Shown: positions 28,598 through 38,180, numbered from the stretch's first letter. The stretch: 64,000 nt of DNA from Anaerolineaceae bacterium (GCA_012839565.1 DUMZ01000007.1:110939-174938); one strand, 5' to 3'. Notes: generated from the sequence alone by a model not told the origin. A program made the numbers and translations.

Positions 28598-29794
28598 ATG
28601 AAAAATAAGCGCAATAAATCTATGATAAAAACTATTCTTCTATCTATCCTGTCCCTGGCATTCTCATTATTGCTGCTTGTAGGTTTTATTTGGAAGAATG
28701 AAATCAGAACTGTAGCAAGCATAAAAGAAATAATGCCGGGTGATGATGACACGAATGGCTATGTATATGAAATGACAATTTTCGGAGACTACTATCTTGA
28801 TGAATACCTGGAAGCAGGTGGCACAAAGAACGACAAGGAATTAATCAGCTTTTTGACATCAAAAATCACAAAGGGACTATTTAATTTGTCCATTGAAGAG
28901 GCAGATATTGTAGGCTGCTCATCATTCTCAGCGAATGCTACAAATGGCGACAAAATATTTGCAAGAAATTATGATATGTACAAAACCAACGTTGCCATTG
29001 TTCATACCAATCCAGCAAACAGGTATAAGTCTATATCAACCGTTGATTTGAGCTTTTTAGGTGTACCCAGTGACAAGAAAATGGAAGGTTTGAGAAATAA
29101 GATCAACACCATAGCTGCAGCCTACGCTCCCCTTGACGGAATGAATGAAAAAGGACTAACTGTTGGTATCTATATGACCCATCAAGGACCAGGGAAAATA
29201 AACGTACCCACAAACCAAGAGAATGGCAGACCAGATATCACATCAACAGTTCTTTTAAGAGTAATACTTGATTATGCAGCCACGGTTGAAGAAGCTGTTG
29301 CAATTGCTGAAAAGTACGACATGCATGACTCAGCCAATTCATCCTTCCACTATATGATATCTGATGCCAATGGCAAATCTGCGGTCCTGGAATACATTGC
29401 TGGCACAGATTCTACAGACACAGACGGTCAATTAAGAGAATTAACGGTCATCTATAATGATGACCCTATGAGTTTGGCTGGCACAGATAAATATCAACTG
29501 GTAACAAACTTTATTGTTTACCCTGGTTATTATGAAGAAGGTGACAAACAACATGGACTTGACAGATACCGAACAGTCAAAGAGGAATTAGAAAAAAGAG
29601 GCGGGCTTGTTAAAGATGATGAAGACGCCATGATTGTTTTAGAAAAAGTTGCCTTGAGAAATTTGGATAACGACATCTATTCTGTCACAATTCATAGCGT
29701 TATCTATAACCAAAGCAATAAAACTGTTTATTGGGTAGGTAATCGCCATTATGGTGAGAAAGCCTATATTTACAAATTTAATCTAATGGAATAA
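28598..29794 (+). CDS. Linear amide C-N hydrolase (choloylglycine hydrolase / penicillin V acylase family, Ntn) with N-terminal membrane anchor and pro-region
   Basis: GCSSFSANATNGDKIFARNYD reproduces the Cys/Arg(+16)/Asp(+19) spacing of the BSH/PVA nucleophile region. GAGG SD lies before the ATG at 28598. Very low GC. Confidence 0.65.
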   Translation: MKNKRNKSMIKTILLSILSLAFSLLLLVGFIWKNEIRTVASIKEIMPGDDDTNGYVYEMTIFGDYYLDEYLEAGGTKNDKELISFLTSKITKGLFNLSIEEADIVGCSSFSANATNGDKIFARNYDMYKTNVAIVHTNPANRYKSISTVDLSFLGVPSDKKMEGLRNKINTIAAAYAPLDGMNEKGLTVGIYMTHQGPGKINVPTNQENGRPDITSTVLLRVILDYAATVEEAVAIAEKYDMHDSANSSFHYMISDANGKSAVLEYIAGTDSTDTDGQLRELTVIYNDDPMSLAGTDKYQLVTNFIVYPGYYEEGDKQHGLDRYRTVKEELEKRGGLVKDDEDAMIVLEKVALRNLDNDIYSVTIHSVIYNQSNKTVYWVGNRHYGEKAYIYKFNLME

Positions 29795-29849
29795 AGACAA
29801 TACTTTTCGTCTTAGTATTTAAAAATAGAGTTTACGGAGATACAAGAAA

Positions 29850-30242
29850 ATGAAAAGATACAGAACAGCTGCAATATTGCAAATCATACATGGCGGATTA
29901 ATGGAAATCGGTGGGGTTTTATTCTTGATATCTGCCTTGACTTTTGGCTTTAGCAATAGTAATGCGGGACAATACTTTGAATTCAAACTTCAATATTTTC
30001 AAGATAACCTATATATGATGTCAGTAATGAGTTTGATTTATGGTATCCTGAGAATTATCGGAGCGGTTGGATTACTGAAAAACAGAATGTGGGGACTGGT
30101 ATTGTCTGTTATTAATTCTGTGACTACAATGATATTAATGATGTTCCTGTTGCCCGCTGGCATCATGGATGGAATCCTTGCGGTAACCGCTTTGGTTTTG
30201 ATTTTAGTTGAATATTATGGCGATAAGAAAATAAGCGGATAA
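29850..30242 (+). CDS. Small integral membrane protein (4 predicted helices)
   Basis: Hydrophobic 130-aa ORF in the same low-GC block. Confidence 0.5.
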   Translation: MKRYRTAAILQIIHGGLMEIGGVLFLISALTFGFSNSNAGQYFEFKLQYFQDNLYMMSVMSLIYGILRIIGAVGLLKNRMWGLVLSVINSVTTMILMMFLLPAGIMDGILAVTALVLILVEYYGDKKISG

Positions 30243-30410
30243 TCTGATGACTCCTACCTGTCACAGTCAAGAATTTGTATTGACTTTCATTTAGTTTTTA
30301 AGGGCTTTTTCTACTCAACTTGTCATCAACACTGTTTAGGTCCAGGATTATTTATATTACCGTTTTACACGAATATAATGTTTTTCTAGTATAATATCTC
30401 CCATAAACTA

Positions 30411-31058
30411 ATGGAGAAGAAGATGAAAACCTACCAATTCGACCCCGAAAAACTAAAAAAACAAACTAAAATTCTTGCACTCATGTATTCCATTCCCCTG
30501 GTGCTGATGGTTGTCCTGGTCTTTTTCCTGTATCGCGATCGCCCGGAAATGCAAAATCAAGCTATCATCATGGTTGTCCTGATGGTTGTTTTCTATGGAT
30601 TCATGGGTTTTCGACGCCACAAACAAAACGTGCAACTCTGGAAAGAATACTCCCTGACTGTTGATGATGAAGGCGTTTCGCAGACACAACCCAATTTCCC
30701 CAAGGTGCGCGTTCCCAAAGAAGAAGTCAAGAGCATCGAAGTCGTTAAAAACGGCTTTTATGTGCAAACTTATAGCCAGGGTCGTGTTTTGGGTATCTCA
30801 AAAGAACTGGCCGATGCAGACTACGAAGAATTGAAACAAATCTTCAGCAAATGGGCAGCCGAAAACGAAGCCAATCGCCCTGCTGAACTCGAAGAAGATG
30901 ACGACGTGGCAGAAGTCGTAGATGAAGTGCTTGTTGAAGAAACAGAAGAAACAGAAGCTAATGAACCTGAATTTGTCGAAACTGCTGAGGAATTAGAAGA
31001 ACTCGCTGAGTCATCAACAGAAGAAGAAGAAGAAGAAGAAAGCGCTGATAAAAGCTAA
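30411..31058 (+). CDS. Membrane-anchored protein with highly acidic C-terminal tail
   Basis: Two TM helices followed by a soluble domain and a D/E-rich tail. An alternative start at 30423 has a GGAG SD. Confidence 0.5.
   Translation: MEKKMKTYQFDPEKLKKQTKILALMYSIPLVLMVVLVFFLYRDRPEMQNQAIIMVVLMVVFYGFMGFRRHKQNVQLWKEYSLTVDDEGVSQTQPNFPKVRVPKEEVKSIEVVKNGFYVQTYSQGRVLGISKELADADYEELKQIFSKWAAENEANRPAELEEDDDVAEVVDEVLVEETEETEANEPEFVETAEELEELAESSTEEEEEEESADKS
31020..31040 (+). repeat. (GAA)7 trinucleotide repeat, in frame (poly-Glu)
   Basis: Read directly; in frame with the CDS 30411..31058. Confidence 0.9.
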
Positions 31059-31092
31059 ATAAGCATATTTCACCAACACATATTTGAACTAG

Positions 31093-31122
31093 AACAGACT
31101 CGCGCATTGCGGGTCTGTTTTT
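31093..31122 (+). terminator. Rho-independent terminator
   Basis: AACAGACTCGC-gcatt-GCGGGTCTGTTTTT. Confidence 0.6.
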
Positions 31123-31663
31123 AAATAGCTTTAATCATCTTCCAGGCTGGCTCAACGCGTTCCTGCCAAACGCCATTGTGGTCCATAAATTCCCATTCAC
31201 CTGGGTCACTGCCATAAACCACAAAGCCATGACGTTCATAAAACCGTCTGGCGTCAAGATTGACGCGTTCCACATTCAAGCGCAAATGCGTAAAACCCCG
31301 CTCGCGCGCCCAGTCTTCCACAAAGTCCATCATGAAACCACCCAAGCCGATATTACGCACCTTTTCTTTCACGCGAAACGAAAAAATATACGCCCGGCTT
31401 ACCCCATCAGCGGTTTCTTCATTGCGTGAAAGCAGCATCAAAAATACCTGCCCCACAATCTCTCCGTCTTCAGCTTCAGCCACCCAAATGCGGGTGTAGC
31501 CCCAAAGACTGTTTTTGTAATGTGAACGATAGAGCAAACGAAAATGCAAGTACTCGCCATCCCATTCTAACGCAGGCAAATCTTCTTCCTGCAAAGGTCG
31601 AATGGTAAAAACCTGCCCATCTTGCGTGCGGTATAGCGCGTCAGTTGACTGAGTAGTTCTCAT
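31121..31663 (-). CDS. GNAT family N-acetyltransferase
   Basis: VRNIGLGGFMMDFVE...ARRFYERHGF. The start overlaps the stop of the upstream CCA-enzyme gene by 4 nt. Confidence 0.75.
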   Translation of the reverse strand: MRTTQSTDALYRTQDGQVFTIRPLQEEDLPALEWDGEYLHFRLLYRSHYKNSLWGYTRIWVAEAEDGEIVGQVFLMLLSRNEETADGVSRAYIFSFRVKEKVRNIGLGGFMMDFVEDWARERGFTHLRLNVERVNLDARRFYERHGFVVYGSDPGEWEFMDHNGVWQERVEPAWKMIKAI

Positions 31664-34308
31664 TCCGCGACCAGACGTTTTAAGAGTTCTTTTTCTTCTT
31701 CAGGGTTGTGTATCTCGCCATCCAGCCAGGCAGCTTTTAGGCGCTGCAAGATGATTTCGTATTGTGGCGAAGGCTCCAAACCCAAAGCGCGCAAATCCGC
31801 GCCACTCGCCTGCTGACTTACGTGCTGATACTGGCTAATATAGCTATCTAAAACTTCAATTTCCCGCTCGTCTTGTGTACTTAAGCGCACCGCGTAAAGC
31901 GCTTCATCCTGCATATGTTGTAAAACTTCCACAACTTTACTCGGCTTGGCATCCACTAGGTCAGGTAAAACCTGTCGCGTTTCACGGGTTTGCTCTATCA
32001 GACGCGTCAGGCGTGCTGGCAAAACCATGCGCTCGTTCAGGCTTGCCAATTCCTCAGCATTGAGTCCTTCTAGCCACAGGCAATACGCCAGCATTTGTCG
32101 TTCGTTTAGATCCGTTGATTTATGGCTGCCATTAACTTTCGCATCAACTTGCGCCAATGCTCGCTCAAGGCGTTCGCGAATATGCTCGTTCCATGGCAAA
32201 GCAGGATGAATGTGCGCCAAAACACCCAAATCATGCAACATTTGAAGCATTTTGATTGCTTCGGGTTCTTGCAAGATGAGATTAAACTCATGCAAAAGTC
32301 TGGCGCCACTAATCTCGTTTAACAATGGCAAGCTGTTTTTCAGCAAACTCAGCGTGCGCGCTTCAATGCTAAAACCAAAGCGCATCGCAAAACGCACCGC
32401 GCGCATCATCCGCGTGGCATCATCCACAAAACTAAGCGCGTGCAAAACTTTTATTTTGCCATCCTGCAAATCGCCCAGCCCACCCCAAAAGTCAAACAGG
32501 GTGCCGAAATTTTCGCCATCCAGCTGCAAGGCCAGTGTGTTGATAGTAAAGTCGCGTCGGTGCAAGTCCATCTTGATACTGCTGCTTTCCACCGTTGGAA
32601 GTGCAGCGGGCTTTTCGTAAAACTCGGTACGCGCGCTGATTAAATCCAAATGTTCCGGCAACAATTCTGCTTCAAACAAGTCGTCGCCAAAAATTGCTTT
32701 TGCAATCGCTTCTTTCTCTTCGCTGATAATCCACTTCGCGGTGCCAAATCGGCTATGCGAAACCACACGCCCACCGAATTTCCCCGCCAAATCCTTTGCA
32801 AAGGCAATCGCATCACCTTCAATAACGATGTCAAAGTCCTGACTGCGCAAATCCAGCATCAAATCACGCACAAAACCACCCACAATATACGCGCTAACGC
32901 CAAAATCTGCCGCATGCCTGGCAATCGTTTTCAGGAATTGCAAACGCGAAGGTGGCAGGGCATGCTCAAGCCGGGTGATAATCTCATCCTGCGACGGGAT
33001 ATTCGTCGCAGGGTGTAGCGCGCCCAGCAAGTCCGTACGCGTAACGATGCCGATGACTTTGCCATGCTCTTTTTCCAAAACAGGCACCTGTCCCCAGCCA
33101 CTTGCCGTCATCAGCTCCTGCAAATACGAAATGCTGTCCTCAGGCACAACGCTTACTTCGCCACTGTCCATCAATTCGCGCGTGGTCGCATCCAGTTTGT
33201 GGTGCAAAGCCCTGTCTACATTACGGCGATTGAGTAAACCAATCACACGACCATCTTCAACAACAGGATAGCCTTCAAATCCATAGCGGTTCATCAACTC
33301 TGCCACTTCCTGAACGGTTGTTTCAGGTGACAAGAGCAAGGGATTTTGCGACATGATATGCTTTACCTGCAAGCTGGGGCTGACGATATGGGGCAAAAAG
33401 TCAAGTACTTTTTGTTGATAGTGGTTCAAAACCAATTCACTCTGCTCAGCGACTGGCCGGCTCTGAAGCCGAATCAAGGCCGATGCCGCGCGCTGATGTC
33501 CCCCACCGCCGAAATGCTTAGCCAGCTTTGCCATATCCACATCCGGCGAGTTTCCCCGTGCCACCAAACGCAAACCCATGCGCGTGAGTGCCAGCACAAT
33601 CAAGCCATCGGGCTCCAAAAACTCCCGCAGACGATGCGCGACGCTGGAAATCTCATCGTTTAAATCAAGTGCTGAAGCGCATGCCACAACAAGCATACTC
33701 TGCTCGATATGCACTGTCATGAGATTCTGTAGCAAACGGTCATAAAGCTGCATTTGCGCATTCGAAAGTGGCGGATTCAGGTACTTTGAAGCGATGTTCA
33801 GGTCCGCTCCCATCGTCAACAGGTAACTCACCGCGCTCGCGTCACGCGCGATAGTGTTTGGATAAGTCAGCGAACCCGTGTCTTCGTAAATTCCCAGCAA
33901 CATCAGCGTCGCTTCTTGCGGGCTAACCGGCAGATTTGCTTCCATAATCTTTTCGACCAGCACCGTTGTACATGCACCGGTATCATGAATTTCATAGTTC
34001 CATTCAGCCTGTTCCCGGCTTTTGCGTGCGTGATGGTCAATAACACGCACAGTGGTATCCCGCGTGATGCCCCGCAGAGTCACCATCGACTGCGTATCCA
34101 CCAAAATGATTTCTTCAATATTCTTTCTGGGTAAATCATGGCTACGTGTAAAGCCCAGTTCCTTGCCAAATTTGCGCAGAAATGCCTGCCCGTTGCGGTT
34201 TATTTGTCTGGGCAAAACAGCGTAAGCATCAGGCATCAGGATATGCGCGCCAAGCATAGAAGCCAGCGCGTCTAAATCGGCCTGTTCGTGGGTCATGATT
34301 AGTCGCAT
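31660..34308 (-). CDS. cca: Multidomain CCA-adding enzyme / poly(A) polymerase-family nucleotidyltransferase fused to DHH-DHHA1 and a CBS pair
   Basis: DHH motifs (HEQADLDALAS, VIDHH). DHHA1 motif GGGGHQRAASA. Two CBS repeats. Class II nucleotidyltransferase motifs GGFVRDLML, DFDIVI, RRDFTINTLA, DDATRMMRAVRF. Confidence 0.85.
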   Translation of the reverse strand: MRLIMTHEQADLDALASMLGAHILMPDAYAVLPRQINRNGQAFLRKFGKELGFTRSHDLPRKNIEEIILVDTQSMVTLRGITRDTTVRVIDHHARKSREQAEWNYEIHDTGACTTVLVEKIMEANLPVSPQEATLMLLGIYEDTGSLTYPNTIARDASAVSYLLTMGADLNIASKYLNPPLSNAQMQLYDRLLQNLMTVHIEQSMLVVACASALDLNDEISSVAHRLREFLEPDGLIVLALTRMGLRLVARGNSPDVDMAKLAKHFGGGGHQRAASALIRLQSRPVAEQSELVLNHYQQKVLDFLPHIVSPSLQVKHIMSQNPLLLSPETTVQEVAELMNRYGFEGYPVVEDGRVIGLLNRRNVDRALHHKLDATTRELMDSGEVSVVPEDSISYLQELMTASGWGQVPVLEKEHGKVIGIVTRTDLLGALHPATNIPSQDEIITRLEHALPPSRLQFLKTIARHAADFGVSAYIVGGFVRDLMLDLRSQDFDIVIEGDAIAFAKDLAGKFGGRVVSHSRFGTAKWIISEEKEAIAKAIFGDDLFEAELLPEHLDLISARTEFYEKPAALPTVESSSIKMDLHRRDFTINTLALQLDGENFGTLFDFWGGLGDLQDGKIKVLHALSFVDDATRMMRAVRFAMRFGFSIEARTLSLLKNSLPLLNEISGARLLHEFNLILQEPEAIKMLQMLHDLGVLAHIHPALPWNEHIRERLERALAQVDAKVNGSHKSTDLNERQMLAYCLWLEGLNAEELASLNERMVLPARLTRLIEQTRETRQVLPDLVDAKPSKVVEVLQHMQDEALYAVRLSTQDEREIEVLDSYISQYQHVSQQASGADLRALGLEPSPQYEIILQRLKAAWLDGEIHNPEEEKELLKRLVAE

Positions 34309-34327
34309 ATCAATTCCAGTGTTGGGG

Positions 34328-35896
34328 TTATTCTATGTAAACAACCGCCTGCTGATAAGGATTATATGCATTATAAATGGATTGCGAAAGTCGTGCAAAA
34401 AGCAAATTACCTTCGTCAAAAAGAAGCTGGCCAGTGGAATGAATGAAGATAACCAAAACATAATCCCCACCCGGAGAAAAGACAATCCCCACATCGCTTA
34501 TCGTATGCAGTAAGCCATCCGTCTCGTTCGTCCAGCCATGCTTATGCGCCACACGTCCTTCAGGCGCAACACCGACTTCAATCAGCGCTCCCATGCGATT
34601 CGATAACAAATTATCAATCATAATTTGGCATTCGCTCTGATTCACTTCCCCGTCAAAAAGATTGTACTCCGGGCTGTCGTGCTTCGCGCACAAATAAATC
34701 CGCTTAAGTAAATCGCCAATCTCAGATGGCACCGTTTGATTATAAGTATCCGGATTCAGATATACGTCAGTGCGGGTATTCGCCGGCGTCTCGTACTTAT
34801 ACAACAAAGGTGAACCAGGCTCAAAAAAACCCGCCATAAACGTGTTTTGGTAGCCCAGCTCGCGCAGATCATCCGTTACCATCAACGGACCGGTATTGTT
34901 GTCCATATAGTTTTTCATCAGTCCGTCTGCTGGTGGGTTAAGCGAATCCTGTATCATCGCTTTCATCCATGTGCTTGCAGTAGCCGGGATAGGATCCGAA
35001 ACACGTCGCATCGTGGAGACCATAATCGGAATTTTCACCGTGCTCGCCCCGGAATAGGCCACATCAACCGGCACATCCGTCCCGCCACGCGTGGCGAAAT
35101 GCATTAAGCGTCCGTCATGCAAATCTTCCAGGTAAATTTCAACCAAACCGTTGAAACCTTCCTGTTCAATCGTCTGGCGTAGTTTAATTTCCAAATTTTC
35201 CCAAAGCATGGCTAAGGCTGGGCTTTCTTCAACGCGCAACTGAACCACCCTTTGATTTGGCGACTTTAAGGCGTTCATAATCTGTGCAACAGTTTCGTCA
35301 TAATCGGCAAGGGCTAAACCAGGTTCACCGGGTAAAACATGATATGAATTGACCACTGGAATCGTGGCGCTTGCTAATTGATCATAACGATTCGGAAAAG
35401 TTTCTTCCAAAACCTGACGCGTCATAACTTGATTCTCGCCAAACTGCATCGGAAGTGTGAAAGCCATGGGTGTCTCCAGCTTGCCCCATAAATAAGCCCA
35501 CCAGGTACTGCCTGGGTTTTGCTCATCCGCATTATCTAAAGTTTCTTTGATATTCAGCGTCAAACCTAAAACATCCGGACTGAACTGTAAGCGCGCGTCG
35601 CCATAACGCAGTTCAACGGGAATACTGTAAGCATCTCTTAGGCGTTCTTCAGCCATCTTGCGCGAAAGCCCACCAACCGGAATACCCCCAATCTGCGAGC
35701 CATTTGGATACACCACGGCCACAGACTTGAACTGCACAGTGCTGATAATCGTCAAAACAACGGCCGCCAGCAAAAATAAGCCGGCCAGCACAAACAAGCC
35801 AACACCCGTACGCCGTCGGCGCGAGAGAGAACTATAGGCCCGTCGTCTTGGGCGCGAAGGCTTAAACTTTCTTTTCCGTATCAACATGATAGACAT
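34328..35896 (-). CDS. Membrane-anchored serine hydrolase, class A beta-lactamase-related
   Basis: N-terminal TM helix. SxxK motif ASTVKIPIM. 522 aa. Confidence 0.6.
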   Translation of the reverse strand: MSIMLIRKRKFKPSRPRRRAYSSLSRRRRTGVGLFVLAGLFLLAAVVLTIISTVQFKSVAVVYPNGSQIGGIPVGGLSRKMAEERLRDAYSIPVELRYGDARLQFSPDVLGLTLNIKETLDNADEQNPGSTWWAYLWGKLETPMAFTLPMQFGENQVMTRQVLEETFPNRYDQLASATIPVVNSYHVLPGEPGLALADYDETVAQIMNALKSPNQRVVQLRVEESPALAMLWENLEIKLRQTIEQEGFNGLVEIYLEDLHDGRLMHFATRGGTDVPVDVAYSGASTVKIPIMVSTMRRVSDPIPATASTWMKAMIQDSLNPPADGLMKNYMDNNTGPLMVTDDLRELGYQNTFMAGFFEPGSPLLYKYETPANTRTDVYLNPDTYNQTVPSEIGDLLKRIYLCAKHDSPEYNLFDGEVNQSECQIMIDNLLSNRMGALIEVGVAPEGRVAHKHGWTNETDGLLHTISDVGIVFSPGGDYVLVIFIHSTGQLLFDEGNLLFARLSQSIYNAYNPYQQAVVYIE

Positions 35897-35996
35897 TTTA
35901 CCACTGCTTTTATTGCGACACGTTTCATTTGAGTTTCTGTTTACACACTATCCCAATCCCCGCTTTTAATAAGCTATAATTAGCCATGGAGAACTT

Positions 35997-36491
35997 ATGA
36001 CCAAAAGCAGAAATAATAAAATTCATCCGCTTGCCATCCTGGGCGCGTTTGTTTTCGCCCTGGTCTTGCTCGGTTTGGCGTATATTATTTTCAACAAAAG
36101 CGCGGAAAAAGCCCACGCTCCCGACCAGCAAGCTGTTTATAACATCACCTTAATCGCAGCACCCACCCAAACGCCTACTGTTTTTGTACCCACCCAACTG
36201 CCCACACCCACTCAGCCCGCGCCCAACATCTTACCCGATGACACCATCGGCGTTGGCAGTTTCGTCAAAGTCGTGGGCACGAAAGGACTTGGACTCAACA
36301 TTCGCAACAGTCCCGGACGGGGTCAAACGATTAACTTTCTTGCCCTGGACGCTGAGATGTTCGAAGTCGTTGGCGGTCCCGAAGTCATTGATGACCTCAT
36401 TTGGTGGCAGCTCAAAGCCCCTTATGATGCCAATCGCACCGGTTGGGCGGCTGAAGACTATTTGGAACGCGTCAGGCAGGACCTTCCTTAA
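35997..36491 (+). CDS. Membrane-anchored bacterial SH3-domain protein
   Basis: TM helix, PT linker, and an SH3b-like segment GSFVKVVGTKGLGLNIRNSPG...WWQLK...GWAAEDYLE. Confidence 0.6.
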   Translation: MTKSRNNKIHPLAILGAFVFALVLLGLAYIIFNKSAEKAHAPDQQAVYNITLIAAPTQTPTVFVPTQLPTPTQPAPNILPDDTIGVGSFVKVVGTKGLGLNIRNSPGRGQTINFLALDAEMFEVVGGPEVIDDLIWWQLKAPYDANRTGWAAEDYLERVRQDLP

Positions 36492-36521
36492 GACATAAAA
36501 CAATGATGTAACGGAGTAATT

Positions 36522-37364
36522 TTGTCAATTTTTAGTCGTAGAAGAAAAAACAAACCAATAGACCTGGCAAACGCCTTTAGCAACGAACATATCCCTGTGC
36601 ATCTGGAAGTCCAGCTGGCGCAGTCACTGGGAATGACCCGCACCCACATGGAAGACGCCATCTACGCGCTCAACATCAAAACCCAGCTCCCCAAAAGCCA
36701 CTCTACGCTGGGGATTTTTATGGTTGCTGATGGAATGGGCGGGCATATGTACGGCGATATTGCCAGCAGCATTGCCATCCAAACTACAGCTGCGCAACTG
36801 CAAAAAACCCTTGTCCAGCCTTTGCACGACGGTCAAACTGAATTCAGCGACGACGCCATCCAAACCATTCTCGAAGACGCCCTGCAAACAGCCCAAAACG
36901 CTGTGCTTGACAAAGTGCAAGGTGGTGGCACCACGCTCACCGTTGCGCTTGTTCTCAACAAAAAGCTCCATTTCGCCCATGTCGGCGATTCGCGCCTTTA
37001 TATCACCAGTGCCACAAATCCCTTAAAAGCGCTCACCCTGGACCACAGCCTGGTGCAACGTTTGGTCGAACTTGGACAAATCAGCCAGGAAGATGCCAAC
37101 GACCACCCCCAACGCAACGTACTGTTTAGGGCGCTTGGGCAAAATGAAGGCTTTCGGGCTGATATCGGGCATGTGGAAATCACAGAACCATGCACGCTAT
37201 TACTTTGCACAGATGGACTTTGGGGGCTCGTAGACCAGGAAACCCTGTCAAAGCGCATCAACGATGGCGGAAATTACGAAAAAATGGTCAATTCGCTCAT
37301 CGAAATGGCCAATAATGCCGGCGGTACTGATAACATCAGCGCCATTTTAGTCAAAATAAGCTAG
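36522..37364 (+). CDS. PP2C-family Ser/Thr protein phosphatase (TTG start)
   Basis: MEDA, VADGMGGH, LLCTDGLW and GGTDNISAI motifs. GGAG SD lies 6 nt before the TTG. Confidence 0.8.
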   Translation: MSIFSRRRKNKPIDLANAFSNEHIPVHLEVQLAQSLGMTRTHMEDAIYALNIKTQLPKSHSTLGIFMVADGMGGHMYGDIASSIAIQTTAAQLQKTLVQPLHDGQTEFSDDAIQTILEDALQTAQNAVLDKVQGGGTTLTVALVLNKKLHFAHVGDSRLYITSATNPLKALTLDHSLVQRLVELGQISQEDANDHPQRNVLFRALGQNEGFRADIGHVEITEPCTLLLCTDGLWGLVDQETLSKRINDGGNYEKMVNSLIEMANNAGGTDNISAILVKIS

Positions 37365-37374
37365 GAGATGAAAG

Positions 37375-38100
37375 ATGGAACCCAGTGGAACAAAGAAAAA
37401 GATATTAGTTGCCGATGACGAACGCGGGCTTGTAAAAGTGATCCGCCTGAACTTGGAACACGATGGCTTTGACGTTGTTGAAGCCATGAACGGTCAACAA
37501 GCCATGGACCAGTTACGCACAACCCTGCCCGATTTGGTGCTGCTTGATATTATGATGCCTGACATGGACGGTTTTACCGTGCTCAAGCTCATTCGCGAAC
37601 AAAGCCAAATCCCGGTCATCATGCTCACTGCCAAAAGCGAAGAAGCCGACATCGTTCAAGGGCTCGAACTCGGCGCGGACGATTACATCACCAAACCTTT
37701 CAGCCCACGGGAATTGACCAGTCGCATCCGCGCGGTTTTGCGCCGCAGTGCTGCCAGGAATGAAGAAGAATCCGGAAAAATCGTCGTTGACGACCGCCTC
37801 ACGATTGACTTTGACCGCCATGAAGTTTGGGTCGAAGGCGAACTCGTTCAGCTTCGCCCCACCGAATACCGTTTGCTTTACCATTTGGTGAAAAACGCCG
37901 GTTGGGTGCTGACCCACGACCAAATCCTGAACAAGGTCTGGGGTTACGAATACGAAAACGAGCCCCATTACGTGCGCCTTTATATCAACTATTTGCGCAA
38001 AAAACTCGAAAAAGACCCCAGCAATCCCAAATACATTCTCACCGAACGTGGCACGGGGTATCGCTTTGTGGATTACAAACGCGAAGGGTTTTCAGCATAA
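37375..38100 (+). CDS. OmpR/PhoB-family response regulator
   Basis: Receiver domain (DDE...LVLLDIMMPDMDG...LTAK). Winged-helix output (RPTEYRLLYHL...TERGTGYRF). Confidence 0.9.
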   Translation: MEPSGTKKKILVADDERGLVKVIRLNLEHDGFDVVEAMNGQQAMDQLRTTLPDLVLLDIMMPDMDGFTVLKLIREQSQIPVIMLTAKSEEADIVQGLELGADDYITKPFSPRELTSRIRAVLRRSAARNEEESGKIVVDDRLTIDFDRHEVWVEGELVQLRPTEYRLLYHLVKNAGWVLTHDQILNKVWGYEYENEPHYVRLYINYLRKKLEKDPSNPKYILTERGTGYRFVDYKREGFSA

Positions 38101-38121
38101 ACAGCTAGCCATTTAAAACAT

Positions 38122-38147
38122 AACGCGGGACAATACCCGCGTTTTTT
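38122..38147 (+). terminator. Rho-independent terminator
   Basis: AACGCGGG-acaata-CCCGCGTTTTTT. Confidence 0.75.
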
Positions 38148-38180
38148 ATTGCATTAATTCTTTTCTAAAGCAAGCTGGCT

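Noticed and set aside
28307-30300. 9-bp direct repeat TAGTTTTTA flanking the low-GC island, considered as a target-site duplication
   Set aside because: A 9-mer of this composition is expected by chance within several hundred bp of AT-rich DNA. No integrase, transposase, tRNA or inverted repeats accompany it. It is kept only as a note within the island finding.
31020-31040. (GAA)7 tract as a phase-variation switch
   Set aside because: Changes in trinucleotide unit number keep the reading frame and only alter poly-Glu length in an already acidic tail.
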